DNA from: Eubacteriales bacterium
GTDB taxonomy: Bacteria > Bacillota > Clostridia > Lachnospirales > Vallitaleaceae
DNA: 62,733 bases
Direction of reading: 5' to 3'
NCBI GenBank assembly: GCA_030535295.1
Contig: JAUMXK010000001.1
Coordinates: forward strand, 1 to 62,733
Shown: piece after piece, positions 61,892-62,733 of the stretch
Position numbering within the stretch: the first letter of the stretch is position 1
Layout of the letters: the number at the start of each line of letters is the position of its first letter
Made by a program: the position numbers and the translations under genes
Notes under the pieces: generated by a model
Database searches by the model: none
Seen by the model: only the letters and a program-made list of their open reading frames with translations
Told to the model about the DNA's origin: nothing

Positions 61892-62491
61892 AAAGTAAGA
61901 CAACTTAAATGATAAATTTTACGACATATGGTCCTGCAGGTTTTCCCGAATCACTACTTAATTGTCACCAAAAAAGCGGTTTCCCTTTAAAGCAATTCCA
62001 AGGTAGTTGCCACGCCTTGCGCAAGATCGCCGAAAACAGTCGTACCGTAATCCCACTTAAGCTTCGTCAGAACAGTCTAGGAGCTTTCCTCGGCAATTCC
62101 TTTACTTCCTAGTCTTTTTAGCAATTTATCGTTTCAAAGGACAATCCTTAATCCTATTTGGCCGAATATTCTCAAGGTCGCAATCCTTATCCCCGAAAAA
62201 TCACGCAAGACAGGCTACACTGCCCACAGCTTTCGCCGCAAGACAGGTTCCACCCGATTTTGTAGGTTCGTCTTTATTTTCAGTAACATTCTCCCACAAA
62301 TATCGGTCTCCACGAGAAATGGGTCAACGCCTGCATGCCATTGCAGATCGCCCAAAACTCTTAACTCCCGGCATCAGCCCGCAACTGGGCGTCACCAGCC
62401 AAAACCAGGAACTTCATCGATATGCCCTTTACGGATTTTTAGCCCCGTCTTTGGAAATAAAGCAATCGACTAGAATACTGTGTCTTACTTT
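61892..62491 (-). ncRNA. ole: OLE RNA (ornate, large, extremophilic), ~600 nt
   Basis: Minus-strand conserved blocks GTATTCTAGTC, CTAAAAATCCG, GGGCATATCGATGAAGTTCCTGG, GGGAGTTAAG, GCAATGGCATGC..GCGTTGACCC, GTGGAGACC, GGGAAACCGC, GGGAAAACCTGC; 11-bp closing stem AAAGTAAGACA / TGTCTTACTTT; oapA-tlyA-nadK-argR-recN context. Confidence 0.93.
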
Positions 62492-62497
62492 AAAATT

Positions 62498-62526
62498 ATT
62501 ATACTATAAAAAAGTTTAAAATGCAA
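62498..62526 (-). promoter_or_regulatory. sigmaA promoter of the ole-oapA operon
   Basis: TTGCAT (62526-62521)-17 bp-TATAAT (62503-62498); predicted start ~62491 coincides with the 5' strand of the closing stem. Confidence 0.8.
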
Positions 62527-62637
62527 ACAATGAAAAAGCCTTGAATCAACGACTTCCCACCGGCATATCCTAAAAGGCATTTTTCTTTATTCAAAAAAGA
62601 TACATCGTCTCAAATTGTGCGAGAGATAAATTAGAAG

Positions 62638-62733
62638 TTGTGAGGCACGCTCTAAAATGATTGTCTTTTGAAAGAGACCAAGCGTGCCTCGAGTATGCTC
62701 TCGGCGACAAGAGCCCAGGACACCGAGAGGCAA
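62638..62733. repeat. Palindromic structured sequence truncated by the window end
   Basis: GAGGCACGCT (62642-62651) / AGCGTGCCTC (62681-62690); CTCTCGG...CCGAGAG. Confidence 0.4.

Noticed and set aside
61892-62491. RNase P RNA, tmRNA or group I/II intron interpretation; ORFs 61909-62112 and 62319-62519
   Set aside because: No GAGGAAAGTCC (rnpB), no tRNA-like ends and no intron domain V were seen. Motifs and oapA context fit OLE, and the ORFs are antisense noise.
62610-62733. Glycine riboswitch (GAGAGA...CACCGA) or group II intron 5' end (GTGCG)
   Set aside because: Only fragments match: CCGAAG and TCAGG are absent, and the downstream sequence is unavailable.

Overview
A low-GC Clostridia-type (Bacillota) chromosomal window with no rRNA, tRNA, CRISPR array, integrase or transposase. 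Two major features are missing from the ORF track. (1) A secreted glycosidase of at least 1735 aa on the minus strand (5205 to the window edge): a BgaA-like GH2 beta-galactosidase with Ig-like and CBM-like modules. After a Pro/Gln linker it appears to begin a second, GH20/GH84-type module. (2) A complete ~600-nt OLE RNA (61892-62491, minus) with its own sigmaA promoter, heading oapA-tlyA-nadK-argR-recN. Between these, in order: relA-MBL-hemZ (no dtd); a dCache MCP; a YtrA-type GntR/ABC operon; brnQ under an Ile T-box; a DUF438/PAS protein with Crp/Fnr-like and Fur-like sites; a GAF-GGDEF-PAS-GGDEF-EAL protein; a 1.9-kaa DUF4011/SF1-helicase/Vsr-like (Hhe-like) protein; a 12-gene extended fructoselysine (frl) locus; an HD hydrolase; a BlaI/BlaR1-type pair whose sensor is six PepSY domains; a yhaO-yhaN-like pair with a LexA box; a patch of decayed genes and palindromic elements; a two-component/ABC module; and rqcH. 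The best candidates for undescribed biology are the extended frl locus (kinase-SGNH fusion, duplicate kinases and epimerases, YjbQ, amidohydrolase, BtpA), the M56-PepSY6 sensor and the putative GH2-GH20 fusion. All calls come from reading motifs by eye; no database search was run.
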